Shown here: positions 11,891 through 24,295 of the stretch, in pieces | Numbering within the stretch: position 1 is the stretch's first letter | Layout of the letters: every line of letters starts with the position of its first letter | Source of the DNA: Octopus sinensis | Taxonomy: Eukaryota | Assembly: GCF_006345805.1 (NCBI RefSeq) | Contig: NC_042998.1 | Coordinates: 100,378,001-100,442,000, forward strand | Reading direction: 5' to 3' | DNA length: 64,000 nucleotides | The notes under the pieces: model-generated | Told to the model about the DNA's origin: nothing | Database searches by the model: none | What the model saw: only the letters and a program-made list of their open reading frames with translations | Program-made: the position numbers and the translations under genes

Positions 11891-12500
11891 TATTATCATT
11901 ACTCAATACATCTCAGATATACAAATACAGGCAATTATTCAACACAATACTATAAAGAAGAAATTTGAAATTTTGTAATATAAGCATCAAGAGCAGGTCT
12001 ATTATGAAGTTAGTTATGAAATGGAGACAAAGTGGGGAACAGTAAACACTTGAGATATTTTTTTTTCTTATCTGTGTTTCATATTCTACAAAAGTGAGAA
12101 TAAACAACTCAAAGAACACAATAATTTAAGTGACCTGACCACTCCAAACATCATTATCTTCCAACACTCAAGACAATTCTGAATGAAAACCAGTTTTTGG
12201 AAGTTATTATTACAGTGATACCTAAAATAGCAAAACATACACGATTGTTCTGAGAGCCACAGCTAGCCATGTCCTTGTTAGGATGTTGGACTGCAGGCAA
12301 TGCTCAACAGATCATGTTATATTCTTCAACCAGTATTGTAGTGAGTATTTGGGTAACTTAGCTCTTAACAGCCCAGTTCAACTAGGTGAAAAGAGGGTAT
12401 ATCAAGCAATTGTGTTACCGGGGAGTGTTTTGTTGGTTTACAGTACCAAGTAAAAATCTTTTGATAAGCAAGACTTGCTACAGGTAGATATTGGAATATA

Positions 12501-12719
12501 TATTTCTTTACTGCCCACAAGGGGCTAAACATAGAGGGGACAAACAAGGACAAAGGAATTACAATGACCCCAGTTGCAAAACTGGTACTTTATTTATCGA
12601 CCCCGAAAGGATGAAAGGCAAAGTCGACCTCGGCGGAATTTGAACTCAGAACATAACGACAGACGAAATACCGCTAAACATTTCGCCCAGCGCGCTAACG
12701 TTTCTGCCAGCTCGCCGCC
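12501..12719 (-). mobile_element. Young group-A SINE with CpGs retained
   Basis: ggcggcgagctggcagaaacgttagcgcgctgggcgaaatg...gagttcaaattccgccgaggtcgactttgcctttcatcctttcggggtcgataaa. The dense CpG content contrasts with the flanks. Confidence 0.9.
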
Positions 12720-12825
12720 TTTGGAATATAGTTCGCCTACTTACTATGCAGGGTGCATCTCACAACAGTGAAAGATCTTGCTCAAATCCTATCAATCATT
12801 CTCTAAAATACTCCAAGACCAAACA

Positions 12826-13030
12826 TTAATTCTTTAGCATTCAGGTTACTGTATCAAATATTATGTCTATTTATGCTGTTTTATATTAATCATGCATTAT
12901 CTCATAACTTTGAGATTTCAATGATGTGATTACCTACTTTTAGAATAACATTGTAGTGAAAGTGTGAGATTCTGGCTCTGGATGGTTTTAACATAAAACA
13001 GAATATGTGAATCAGATATGGCTGGTTTGA
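12826..13030. mobile_element. piggyBac-type MITE, family 2, decayed
   Basis: ttaattctttagcattcaggttact...aatcatgcattatctc...ttaacataaaacag. Homologous to 37465, 53084 and 61791. Confidence 0.65.
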
Positions 13031-13180
13031 AAAAGCAGTGAGCCTTAACAGGATTTGAACTCTAAGCTGTAATGTATAATACTAAATATTGTAGTGTCTA
13101 ATGCAGTGGTTCCCAACCTGTGGTCTGCAAAGGTGGTATTGGGGATCCATGAGCTAAATTCAAAATTTCATATATATAAA

Positions 13181-13369
13181 ATGTGACCGCGTGTGTACCA
13201 TTGGCGATTTTTTTTTTCCGTCTTCCCTTCTTTGGATCTTTCCTTTTCCTATGTTTCTGACGAAGAGCTCTGCTCGAAACGTTAAACCCTCCTTCTTTCC
13301 TGAGCGTCCAATAACACTATACTTGTTCCACGTCCTCGCGTTGTTGTGTTTTCATGTTTGGATTAACTT

Positions 13370-13372
<3 letters not shown>
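13181..13372 (+). mobile_element. Penelope-like retroelement 3' terminal fragment, young and CpG-rich
   Basis: Contains CTGACGAAG...CTCGAAACGTT, the motif typical of PLE termini, and ends in a (CA)n tail. It lies just after a hAT-MITE left end (cagtggttcccaacc, 13104). Confidence 0.75.
13253..13287 (+). ncRNA. Candidate minimal type I hammerhead ribozyme
   Basis: Stem I GTTT/AAAC; core CTGACGA; stem II GAGC-tct-GCTC; core GAAA; palindromic ACGT stem III that needs a dimer; predicted GUU cleavage after 13283. There is one extra A between the core and stem II. Confidence 0.6.
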
Positions 13373-13403
<31 letters not shown>

Positions 13404-13559
13404 AGGATAAGCATATTAAAAGAAGTCTGTAGGAAAACTCATTTAAGTAAAAGAGGTCTTTGGTAGTGAAACTACTGTTCTAGTGTAATGCACTAACCTT
13501 TCAACTATATGGACTGCCTTCAGCAAAAATAAATAAAAAGGGTAGCAAATGGTTAATAC

Positions 13560-13767
13560 ATTGGTTTCAAATTTTGGCACAAGGCCAGCAGTTTTGGGGG
13601 TTGGGTAAGTTGATTACATCGACCCCAGTGTTCAACTAGTATTTATTTTATCAACCCTGGAGGGATGAAGGGCAAAGTCAAACTCAGTGAAATTTGAACT
13701 CGGAATGTGAAGATGGACAAAATAAGCATTTTGTCCAGTGTGCTAATGATTCTACCAGCTTGTTGCC
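13560..13767 (-). mobile_element. Group-A SINE
   Basis: tttcaaattttggcacaaggccagc...gatgaagggcaaagtcaaactcagtgaaatttgaactc...tgctaatgattctaccagcttg on the plus strand is the reverse complement of the SINE. Confidence 0.8.
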
Positions 13768-13995
13768 TTAACCCTTTCATTACCAACCCAGCTGAAACCG
13801 GCTCTGGCTCTGAGTACAAATGTCTTGTTTCCATAAGTTTTGAATTAAAATCTTCCACCAAACCTTCGTCACAATTTATGTTCCTAACACTAGCTTAATG
13901 ATAATTAAGTTATTTTACTAAATTATTTATTATATTTAAAGTAATTGAAAGAAACACAGAGCATCTCAAAATAAATACAGTAACGAAAGAGTTAA
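13768..13995. mobile_element. piggyBac-type MITE, family 1
   Basis: TTAA-CCCTTTC...GAAAGAG-TTAA; highly similar to 38803-39030. Confidence 0.85.
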
Positions 13996-15523
13996 GGGAC
14001 TGATATAGTCAAAATCATAATCAACAACAGTAGTAGTGGTAGTGTTAGTAGCAGAAGCAGCCACCATAAACATATGTTAATTGCATCATCATAATTTACT
14101 ATTAACTGTTTTTTCTTTCCTTTTGTTTAAAATAAAAAATTATTATTTTCTTAATTAGTAAGGAAGAATATTGTAAATATTTTACATCATTCAGACGCAG
14201 CCAAGTTTTGACTGGCATGTTCTTTCCTCAGATGGGAATGACCTAGTGCCAATTGACTGCTAAAAGAGTTACTTGCTGCTAATTTAAAAATGCCAAGTGG
14301 AATGGAACATAATATTTATTTCCTGTTTTAGTAAAGGGAAGTTACAATTTGTAGATGGTCTTGGGGTCAGGGCAATCAATTGTTAATATAGTGTGTTTTT
14401 TTTCACTCTTATATACTTTGAAATGACTTGTTTCACAGACAGAAAACATTGTGTAACACTGAGTGGAGATGGGAGGCATCAGACAAAGCTTCTCTTCCTA
14501 CTTCAGATTTTGGGCTTCTTCCAGCACTAAAATAATTTTATGCTGACAATGTTGTTGTTGTTGTAGTCATCATCATCATCATTAATAAAATAAAAATAAT
14601 AATAAGTTGATTAAAAGTTAAGTTTTCATCATAGGAGAAACAATTCCTTCAGTTCATATGTGGTTGGAGATGGAATGGAGTAGGTGAATCTCTGCTACCC
14701 AGATTCTGTCATGAATGACAATTTATTGCTGGTCTATTAGAGTCTATGAATGTTAATCCATTATCCGGCTTAATATGGATGTCTTGTTAGAACACCAAAC
14801 ACCGCATTATTAGCCATGAGAGATCCCCTCATATAGGTGCTTGGTACATAAAAGCACACACACAGATTGTAGCAGGCAAAAATTGTCTGTCATGGGTTCT
14901 GGAATTCCCATATCATGTGATTTCATTCAACAGGAAATCACCAATGAGAAGCATCCGGTCATTGCATGCCAGTCAAATTTCACTGCTACAATATATAGAA
15001 TATCAACAATATTTAAAATATTAATGTTACAAAGAGCAATCAGATTTGTTAAAAATTAATTACTAGCGATGGAAGCAGTATTAATAACAAAAGGTAATTT
15101 TTATATTCAACTTGACATAGATGTCTTGTTAGAATGCTGGATATTGCATTAAGCATTCCATCCATAACTGAAGGAAACAGTGTACTGATAGCTCACCTCT
15201 ATTCTTTTACTGATTTCAGACATTGGATGTAGCCATACTGGGTTATCCCCTGCAAGGATATGGTTAATTATAGTGACCCCCAGGACTTTGATGGTATTTA
15301 TTTTATCAACCAGAGGAGAGTGAGACTCAAAGTCAGCCTGAGCTAAATGTGAATTCAGCATGTGTAAAAGACATAACCAAATGCCACAAAGTATTTTGTT
15401 CAGTAATTTACTGATTCTGCTGCAAATTACCACAATTAGTGAGAATTGAAATTTATTATTAACCTTATCATAGTTAAAATTTGAAATGATGAGGTAAAGA
15501 AATATCAGAAATGGTAAAGAACC

Positions 15524-15890
15524 AAATGTGTGGCAAGAGGTTTGCTTCCCAATCACATGGTTCTGGGTTCAGTCCCACTACATAGCACCTTGGGCAAGTG
15601 TCTTCAACTACTGCCTTGGGCTGACCAAAGCCTTGTGAGTGGATTAGAAAGAAGGAAACTGAAAGAAACCTGCTGTGTGTGTGTGTGTTTGTCATCCACC
15701 ACCATTTGACTACTGGTATTGGTTTGTTTATGTACTGGTAACTGAGTGGTTTGGCAAAAGGGACCAGTAGAATATGTACTGTACCAGGCTTAAAAAAAGT
15801 TCTGGGGTTAATTTATTTGACTGAAAACTTCAAGGCAGTACCCCAGAATGGATGCAGTCCAGTGAGTGAAGCAAGTAAAAGATAAAGGAC
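15524..15890 (+). mobile_element. Group-B SINE, near full length
   Basis: tgtgtggcaagaggtttgcttccc...ggttcagtcccact...agcaccttgggcaagtgtcttc...gaagcaagtaaaagataaa. Confidence 0.85.
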
Positions 15891-17030
15891 AAATAAACCC
15901 TGGTAGAATTGACTTTGCCTTTCATTCTTCAATTCATTACTTGTATTAAAATGAACAATTCAATCTCCTAGATATAGTCCCTTTACAAATTTGTTGATGT
16001 TGTCTAGCCCCAGGTGAGCACTGACTGAGCATACCAGCCTGATGACCAAAGATGTTACTATTCTCACACTTCTCTTCCAGATTATATATAAAACACTGCA
16101 TTTTACTGAAGCTCTTTCTTTAAGATTTCTTTATGAGTCAGGTCTAACTAGAAGATTTGGCTGCTACTTCCAGCAGTTTGAATGACTATGAAGAGGTTCC
16201 CCCATAGATTCATAGAATGTGTAGTCTTGTGTCAATGTAAGAAATTAACATTATTTATCCAGGGACTGAACATGGATACATTCAGAAGTGATTGTCATTG
16301 TAATTGTCTTTAAGAAGGGCATGAACATCACACAATCTTGCTTTACATTCCTGTTATCATACCTGAGTAACTACTACAAGCAATAATAACTCCTTACACC
16401 GTCACTATCACTTAACATCAGTAAGTGTAAGGTACTTAAAAATGACATTGGAGATTACATGAACGGGAACGAGGAAGCTTGATATTACTCATTCAAAGGG
16501 ATTTTACTGAGATACAGCAACACAGTCTCTTGAAATAGCAGCAATGGCAAAGAATCTTTCATTAGCATCATTATTGAATTTTCCCTGCTGCTTCTACTAC
16601 TACTATCACCACTACCTCCAGCTGTCACAAATCACTCTTTCTATCCCTAACCCCTACAGTTAAATCTGCTAACAGTCAGGCCCTGGTGTTCTGAATGAGC
16701 CATAAATCTGCAAGGTTTGAAGCCAGAGGCAGTTTGTTGTATACTTAAGTTATCAATGTGTAATATCATGGTTACGCATTGTTATCAACAAGCTATGTCT
16801 CAAAACATGGTTATAAAAACACTATACAACATGTGAGCAAGTGCATCAACACACAGCACAAACACTTTCACACTTTCTCTTCCCTTTTGCTTTTCTTTCT
16901 TTTTTTTTTCCTTGTATTCAACCAATAGAAATATTTCAGACTATTTTTTTTAAAACAGAAAAAGGAGGTGTGATGCATAAAACACATCCAAACCAAAAGA
17001 AAAATTGCAGAGTGAGAGAGAGAGAAAGTA

Positions 17031-17082
<52 letters not shown>

Positions 17083-18229
17083 ACAAATGCTTGTGGTTAC
17101 TTATATGTTTACTTGTTATCTAATTAATATTTTTGGTACAATTCCAGGTTACACAATTTATGAAGTTATTTGTGACATTATCTGCACAGGTCACGTTCCA
17201 TTAAACTTTCTCTATATCATTGGCAGGATTTGAATTTAGAACAAGTGAGAAACCAAATTGGGTACTATAAAGAATATTATTGGAATTCTAGTCTGAAAGA
17301 GGTGGCAGGTCACAAGTGGTGCAAGTAACTCCTTGATTGATGACTGACTGTAATTTTATGGAAGCCAGATGGAATGTCATCTATTCAAGAAACAACAAAA
17401 AGAATCCCTAAAAAGTTCCCATTCCACTGCTACACTAACAGGGATCTTCATGGTCAGTTGATCTACTACAAGTAACAGCTGAATCTCCCACAAAATCACA
17501 TATTTACAATCTTAAAAAGATGGACATTAGATAATGTAGTTCTAGATCACAAAAAAATGTGAATGTTCACAGATTGAGACCAAACCAGCAACAAATAGAC
17601 CTTAATCTACAAATGAGAGAAGTAAGTATCAATATTAGGTCATAAGTTCAGAGATCCCTATTTTAGCCAATTTCATTTCTTTAATGTGATGATAATTATG
17701 GTTAAAGTATCAAGCTTCATTTACACACAAAAGCTCATTAGATATTGCATGGCTAGTAATTTCATTTCATTCATTGTACAAAGTAACTCATAAAAATAGT
17801 TCCAAATCTTGAGATTACATGGTAAATATTAATAAAGCAGAGACAGAAAGGTAACATCATAATTATAGAATGATTGAAACATGATTAAGAAAATAAAATG
17901 GAAGACGTTAAAAGGTCATGCAATTTTTCATCTCAATATCAAACATCATATACAGATTTTGTAGGCATAAATCTTACTAAAAGGGTTAACATTAATGATA
18001 AAAAAGTAAAATGAGGTCCAAGTTGTTGATACTAAACAGCTGAGAGATGCTGACAACCCCACTTCCCTCACTCCAAGAAACAATATACAACTATATGATA
18101 GCAAAAGAGTTTGGGAGCTCAGGAAAACATGCAAAATATCTGCCAATGTGTTTGGAGAGAAATGCCAGAAAGATAACAGCATACAGACATCCAAAATTGC
18201 AACATTTCTAAAGAGTTCCATAAATAAAC

Positions 18230-18420
18230 AGAGAAAAATAAAAAGGAAGATTAAAAAAGAAAAACTCTACTGACCAGAACCAACATTCAGTTGGGAAGCT
18301 TTTTGAAGGTGTTTGAAGGTAAAGGATAAAGGCAAACCACATGTCTATAGTGTAAGCAAACTTCAAAAGTAGCAAACCAACAACTCTATAGAGTAAGAAT
18401 AGACCTAACAAAACAATATT
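18230..18420 (+). pseudogene. Possible N-terminal relic of a SPIN-like hAT transposase
   Basis: KRKIKKE...KDKGKP(T)CL*CKQT resembles the KRK...GKPxCLIC zinc-finger start of SPIN-type transposases. The match needs a frameshift. Confidence 0.3.
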
Positions 18421-19187
18421 GCAAACACTTGAGTATTATTAAGAAAGCATTTCAAATGAATATTAATTCCATTGTGATATGAGTATTAGACAGGAATGTT
18501 ACACATGAAAAGCAAATTAATATCAGTACAATGAAACCAAATGGAATTTATAATATATTAAGTAAAAACCTTAATGTAATCAGTTTGCAAGACTTTAATA
18601 CACATTTCTAATGAAAGAATGGTAATGGACAAAGCAGATGAGACAACAATAATGTTCTAAGAGATTGTCTTCATACATGGGAACATAAAAAAATTCATAA
18701 TCTAATAGTAATTAAGCTCAAATTAATCCATTCCTTATTAGGTAGTTAATTTAGGGATACATTTACACCTCATTGTACTTTTCAACAATAATATAGCATA
18801 TTATTCAATCGTTTTAAATGCCTTTTTCTCTATGTGAGCATCAATTAAGTGAATATATACTGTTGAGACATTGTCTTTTCAAGACAGATGACCTCTTTGT
18901 TGCTAATTTTTACCTGCCTCTCAAGTAAGGGTTTTTCTTCCACTCGTCTTCAAAAGTGCAGAGCTAGTGAACAATCTGTTTACAAGCAATGTCAACAAAG
19001 ATCAGTGTTTATAGCGCAGGGCATTTTTACCATGCAAACATTCACACACATGTACACGTGTGCATGCGATGAGTCTCCTTACAGTTACCATTTAGTAAAT
19101 TCACTTATAAAGCATTAGTTAGCCTGAAGCAATGATAGTAAAAGAGACTTGCCCATGAAACCACATGATTAAAAAATAAACTGCTTT

Positions 19188-19234
<47 letters not shown>

Positions 19235-22149
19235 TGCTTGGATATATAAACAAGAGTAAAAATTTGACCAGAGCTGATGATACAGTGTTGCTTCTCTCAA
19301 ATTTCTTGCTTTGTGCATTCATCTGGCAGGCAAACTCAGAACAAATTCAGACTGTTTTTAACATATAAATGTACTTAGGAGTGTCTCAAGCTAAAGTTAT
19401 ATACTAAGAATTATGAGAGCCAACTGCTATGTTTGCTTAGAAATTTGTTTAACCAACTAGTATTAACTAACACTTTTTGACAGTCTGTCCAGGATATTTT
19501 TCTTGCATTACTTACTGTAAGAAAACAAAAAGAGTTCCTATTAGAAAGACAAACAATTTATATAAATTATACTGCATATCTATTATTTATACATGCATGT
19601 TTTCTGCAAGAAATATAAAACCTTCATATACACTCACAGAGTTTAAAGACATTGGATGTGAAACTATGCACAGTGTGCTCAACCATAAGCTAAATTCAAC
19701 AATTCTCACTAAGTCTGAACCTCAACCTAGAACAATGATCTCTTCACAAGATCCTGTGATGACAACTTGACAACCTACTATTATTCACCAGCATTAAAAC
19801 ATGTATTACGAAAATATCCCGGCCCACAAAAATGTAAGCTGACAATATTTTTAATTCCATACTTAACAGGCATCTAAAAGTATCTTGCTCTTAATTTCTT
19901 AACAATATACATGGCAACCACACATGTTGCTAAAACTGCTTCACAAGGATGGGCTTTATTCTTGAGGACCAAGAAAATCTTTATTCCTGAACGATTACTA
20001 ACCCCAGACCAGAGGTTTTTAAGCTGAGCAATGGCAACCCACTTAGAAGCTCACAGAAGGATAGCAACTGTATAGTGGATACTAGGTATTTAGCAATCTC
20101 ATTGTTTTTCTGAGAAATATAATATCTAAGCCAAGTACCATAGGTTTTAAACACATTTTCAAAAAAATCCATGTAAAATCAAGCAAAGTAGCTACAATTT
20201 AACCACTGTTAACTCTTGTTACTATTCCTTTTAAGAAAGATTTGTTTTACATGTATGATGTAATACAAAGGGCTAAAAGAAATTCACTTAGGGAACCACA
20301 CTAAAAATTAATCCATATGTCAAATTTTACTGTGAGGTGAAACACAGTCTTCTTTCCTTAAAACAAAAAAAAAAAAAAAACCTTTTTAGTCAGGAATTAC
20401 TGCCCCTTATATGATTCACCTGGTCTCTGTTAGCCTCTGAAACAATGAGGTTCCACTTTTATCTTGGATAAACGAAGGCAAGTATTTCATTATACACCAA
20501 CGTACCCATCAGATCAAACATTTGTTAGGCTTGAAGTAATGGCACATGGCATCATCTGAATAAACGTAATTATAATCTATATTTTGTATTCAGTATCTTT
20601 TCTCTTGCCTGGTGGCTCTCAGCACTTCACCTGTCATTTACCCATGCTCCATCCCATGCTATCAAAACACTATCTTTAAGATAGCATGTTAGTGCTAGTG
20701 TGTGTGTATGTGTGTGTATTTACAAAGTTAACAGTGACGTTGAATTTTCAGGTGATCTGCTGTTATCAGACACTAAATTAGTTTAGTTTTACAAGCTTTG
20801 TCTGCAATTTCTTCAAGAGTGTAGAAACAATATGCAAAGTAGGTTTGGCATAAATGAGTTTGAAGAGAGAACAGAAAAGAGATTATACAAGAAAAGGAAT
20901 AGAAAAGGATAGAAAGAAAGTACATGCTTATATGACAGGAGTGTATAGGAAAGGATTGTAAAAACATTTTTTGCTGGTTTGACCAAAAAAGGGTGGTATT
21001 AGTTTCACATAAATTGCTGAGTTGTAAAACTGCATACTGAAAGTAAGATTTGTATGAGAGTTCATAAGGCGGACTGGTCTTATTTAGATCATAATGTGTG
21101 ATAAATTGAAAGCATTTTTCTTTTAAGGTCTATTCAGAATTTTTCTTATAGGTCTATTAATGTAAGAGGTTTCAGGGGACAGCATGTATACGCCAAAACT
21201 TTGAAGTCACTGTCAACCTTTTCTTTGTAAGAAAAATTCTCTATTGTACTCTACTCATCATTTCCAATGTTCACTTTTCCATGACTGCATGGGTCAGACC
21301 AAATTTATTGAAGCAGATATTCTACTGTCAGATGCCCTTGTTACCAAACACCACCTGTATCCAAGGAAAGTTATACTTCTTCAAAAACAGACATGTTTTT
21401 ACAGAGGATTAGAAATGAATGACACTGCTTATAAGATGGTGACACTCATTTACAAAGGAACCCATACACACAGGCTTCTTTTAGTTTCTCTACCAAATTC
21501 AATAACAATGCTTTGGTTGGCCAGGGACAATAGAAGGCACTTGCTCAAAGTGCCATGAATTGGGACTCAAACTGAAATCATATGGCTGGGAAGCAAACTG
21601 CTAGACCCTACAGTTTTGCTTGAACCCGTGTGCGTGCATGCATGTGATCAGTAGTGTAATGAAATCTTTTAGTTTAAGTACCAAATAACACCAAGACTGT
21701 CTGGTCATTCTAGTTCCTTCATTTAAAATTTTTCAATTTAAGCTTGCATAGTTATCTGCAACCATTATCATGTACGTTGAATGTAGATAGCAGCAACATA
21801 TATAGCTGCAGTAACTGGTTGGCAAGACAACGCTGACACTCATTTCTGCAAAGACATTGTTGCTACAGAAGATAGTTATGATTAATAAGACAAACATAGA
21901 AACTACACGATTGTGTACAGAAATGATGAATTCATTTCTTCCAGCTAGACACATATATGCTGTAGGAGACAGAGATAGAGTTAATAGAATCAGCCACACT
22001 ATATTACTGGTATTTATTTACTGACATTCATCTCAGTAAGCTGAAGGGCAAAATCAAATCCTAGTTGTAATTTATGGTCATAAAACTTGCTCAGATTACC
22101 CACTAGAAACAGTTGATAATGTCCATTACCTAAGTAACTTTATTATTGC

Positions 22150-22690
22150 TGAAAACAAATGTGAAAATGTAATAGCTAGAGAAAGCAGAAGGGTAAGATA
22201 AGTTCCAGGGAAACCATTCTGTCATTGCTAACAATGGGCTTCCCTTTCTGTGACAACAATGTATGCAGCATGTGTTAAGGGTGTGATGTTGCATGATAGC
22301 AAGACATTGAATATGGAAGATCTGTAAGCTGAAAATAAGTTCAGTGTGATCTGTTGGACACTCAACACTATCGTGAAAGATAGAGCAAAAGTGGATTTGA
22401 GAGAATGTCTGGGATGGAAAGGCGGATGTAAGCAAGAGAGACGACTGTTGGCATAAACATGGGATATGAATGGATAATGAATGTCAGGATTAAAAATACT
22501 GAATTCTGACGACTGAATATACCTATGGAAGAGCAAAACCATGGAAAGCACAAGAAGAAAAGTTGAAGACAGCCCTTAGGATGGAACTTACAAATAAGAG
22601 GATACAGAATTGTGATGAGGAGAGTTATGATACATCCAGCATGGGTTAGCATCAAAACTGGATGTGAAAATGATGATGTCAACTATTTTA
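22150..22690 (+). mobile_element. Decayed RTE-clade LINE 3' end
   Basis: Fragmented translation DL.AENKFSVICW...DLRECLG...KQERRL resembles RTE C-termini (DL.RLE.NE.SM.RW...LRE.LG...VQERRLRWYGHV). It is followed by the shared RTE tail (agcatgg...gatgatg). Confidence 0.6.
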
Positions 22691-23574
22691 CCATTTCTGC
22701 TGGTTTACTACATTTAAAGTAAAAAAAAAAAATATTGATTTCTCGCAGAATGTAAAGGAAAATAAAACAGTTTAGGATGAAATTATCAAAATCAAAAATA
22801 AAAACCAAGTTGCAGGCTTGATTCACAATTACTCATATCAGAAGTGATAAATTTTGCATCAGGATATTCCATCATCTAGTTTTATCAACGTAATATAAAG
22901 TCAGTAGGAATCAAAGAATTCATAATTAATACCAAACAGTATTTCAAAGTTGAAGAAACTGGCAGATGATAGCAACAGCTGGCTTCATCTGTAACACCAG
23001 TGTTGATTTAAGTCCAGTAAGTATGTAGGTATCTCTCTGGGTATATGTGCGGGAGTGTGTACGCATGTGAGCATACATGTATGTATGTAATAGTTCTGAA
23101 GGAAAACATATGAATAAGAGGAAGTATCAAAAACGAGAAACAATAATACAGAAAAATCAACTGAAAATAGCAAGAGCACTCAGGGGCTTTTAAGACCCCA
23201 GGTTATATCTATGAGAGAGAGAGAGAGAGAGAGACTTTCTTTTAAAATCATATTTCTGAAGATGAAGAGAAATTCAAATCAAAAACTGAAGTTCAAGCCC
23301 AACTAGCACTCACTGAAATTTAACAAAAGTCCTCATTACAGTACAAACCAAAAATGTCGGCCAATATCTAATTTTATCACTTTACATTCTGAGTTCAAAT
23401 GTCAGGGTTGATAAAATAAACACCAATAATAGACTGAGAGTTGATTCAAACAACTACACAAAATGTTTTTGAAATATTACTGAGGTCAACTATGCCTTTC
23501 TTCCTTCAGTTGATAAAATACCAGTCATGTGCTGGGGTTGATGTAATTGAATATTCCTGATCCTTCAATTTTTG

Positions 23575-24295
23575 GCCTCCCAACCACATGGTTTTGGGTT
23601 CAGTCCCACTGTATGGCACCTTGGGCAAGCATCTTCTACTATCGCCTTGGTCTGACCAAAGCCTTGTGAGTGGATTTGGGAGGCAGAAATCAAAAGATGC
23701 CTATCGTGTGTGTATATATGTATGTGTGTGTGTGTGTCCCTAATTTGTCCCTTACCACCACGTGACAACTGGTGGTGGTTTGTTTACATTCCTATAATTT
23801 AGTGATTCAGTAAAAGAGACTGAAAGAATAAGAACCAGGCTTAAAAATAAATAAAAAAGTACTGGGTAGTGGGGTTCTGAAAGTGGTCTCAGGGAGTAGC
23901 ATCCCTGCCTGCCTAAGCTAGCTTTCCACCACATTTCTTAAAAATCATGGTAGAGGCCTTGGTCTCAGGACCACTCATGTCTAGAAACTGAGGTTGGGGG
24001 TAAGCAAGGGTGTGCTCCCTGTAGAAAATCCAGCTCCAAAAAAGCCTCATAATAACAAAGGAGAATGGACACCACCCAGCCCAAAGGTTGGGGTGGGGTG
24101 AGCTGCACCTGCCTACCCCAGTTCCTGTGGCATTGAGGTAGATTCAGCCACCCCCATTAACAGACAAAATTTGGATTTAAAACACTGGATGATGATGATG
24201 GGATTGTTGGTTCAATTGACTAAAACTTCTTTCAGGTGGTGTCCCAGCATGGCTGCAGTTAAATGACTGAAACAAGTAAAAGATAAAAGATTAAC
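23575..24295 (+). mobile_element. Group-B SINE interrupted by a nested insertion
   Basis: The host 5' part runs to ...aaaagtactggg (about 23866) and resumes at about 24200 with gattgttggttcaattgactaaaac...cccagcatggctgcag...aagtaaaagataaaaga. Confidence 0.8.
23864..24200 (+). mobile_element. RTE-related non-autonomous element (about 335 bp, (GAT)n tail) nested in a SINE
   Basis: Includes gaggttggggtaagcaagggtgtgctccctgtagaaaa (RTE 5'-UTR-like) and ends aacactggatgatgatgatg. A second 3' fragment is at 58845-58958. Confidence 0.65.
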
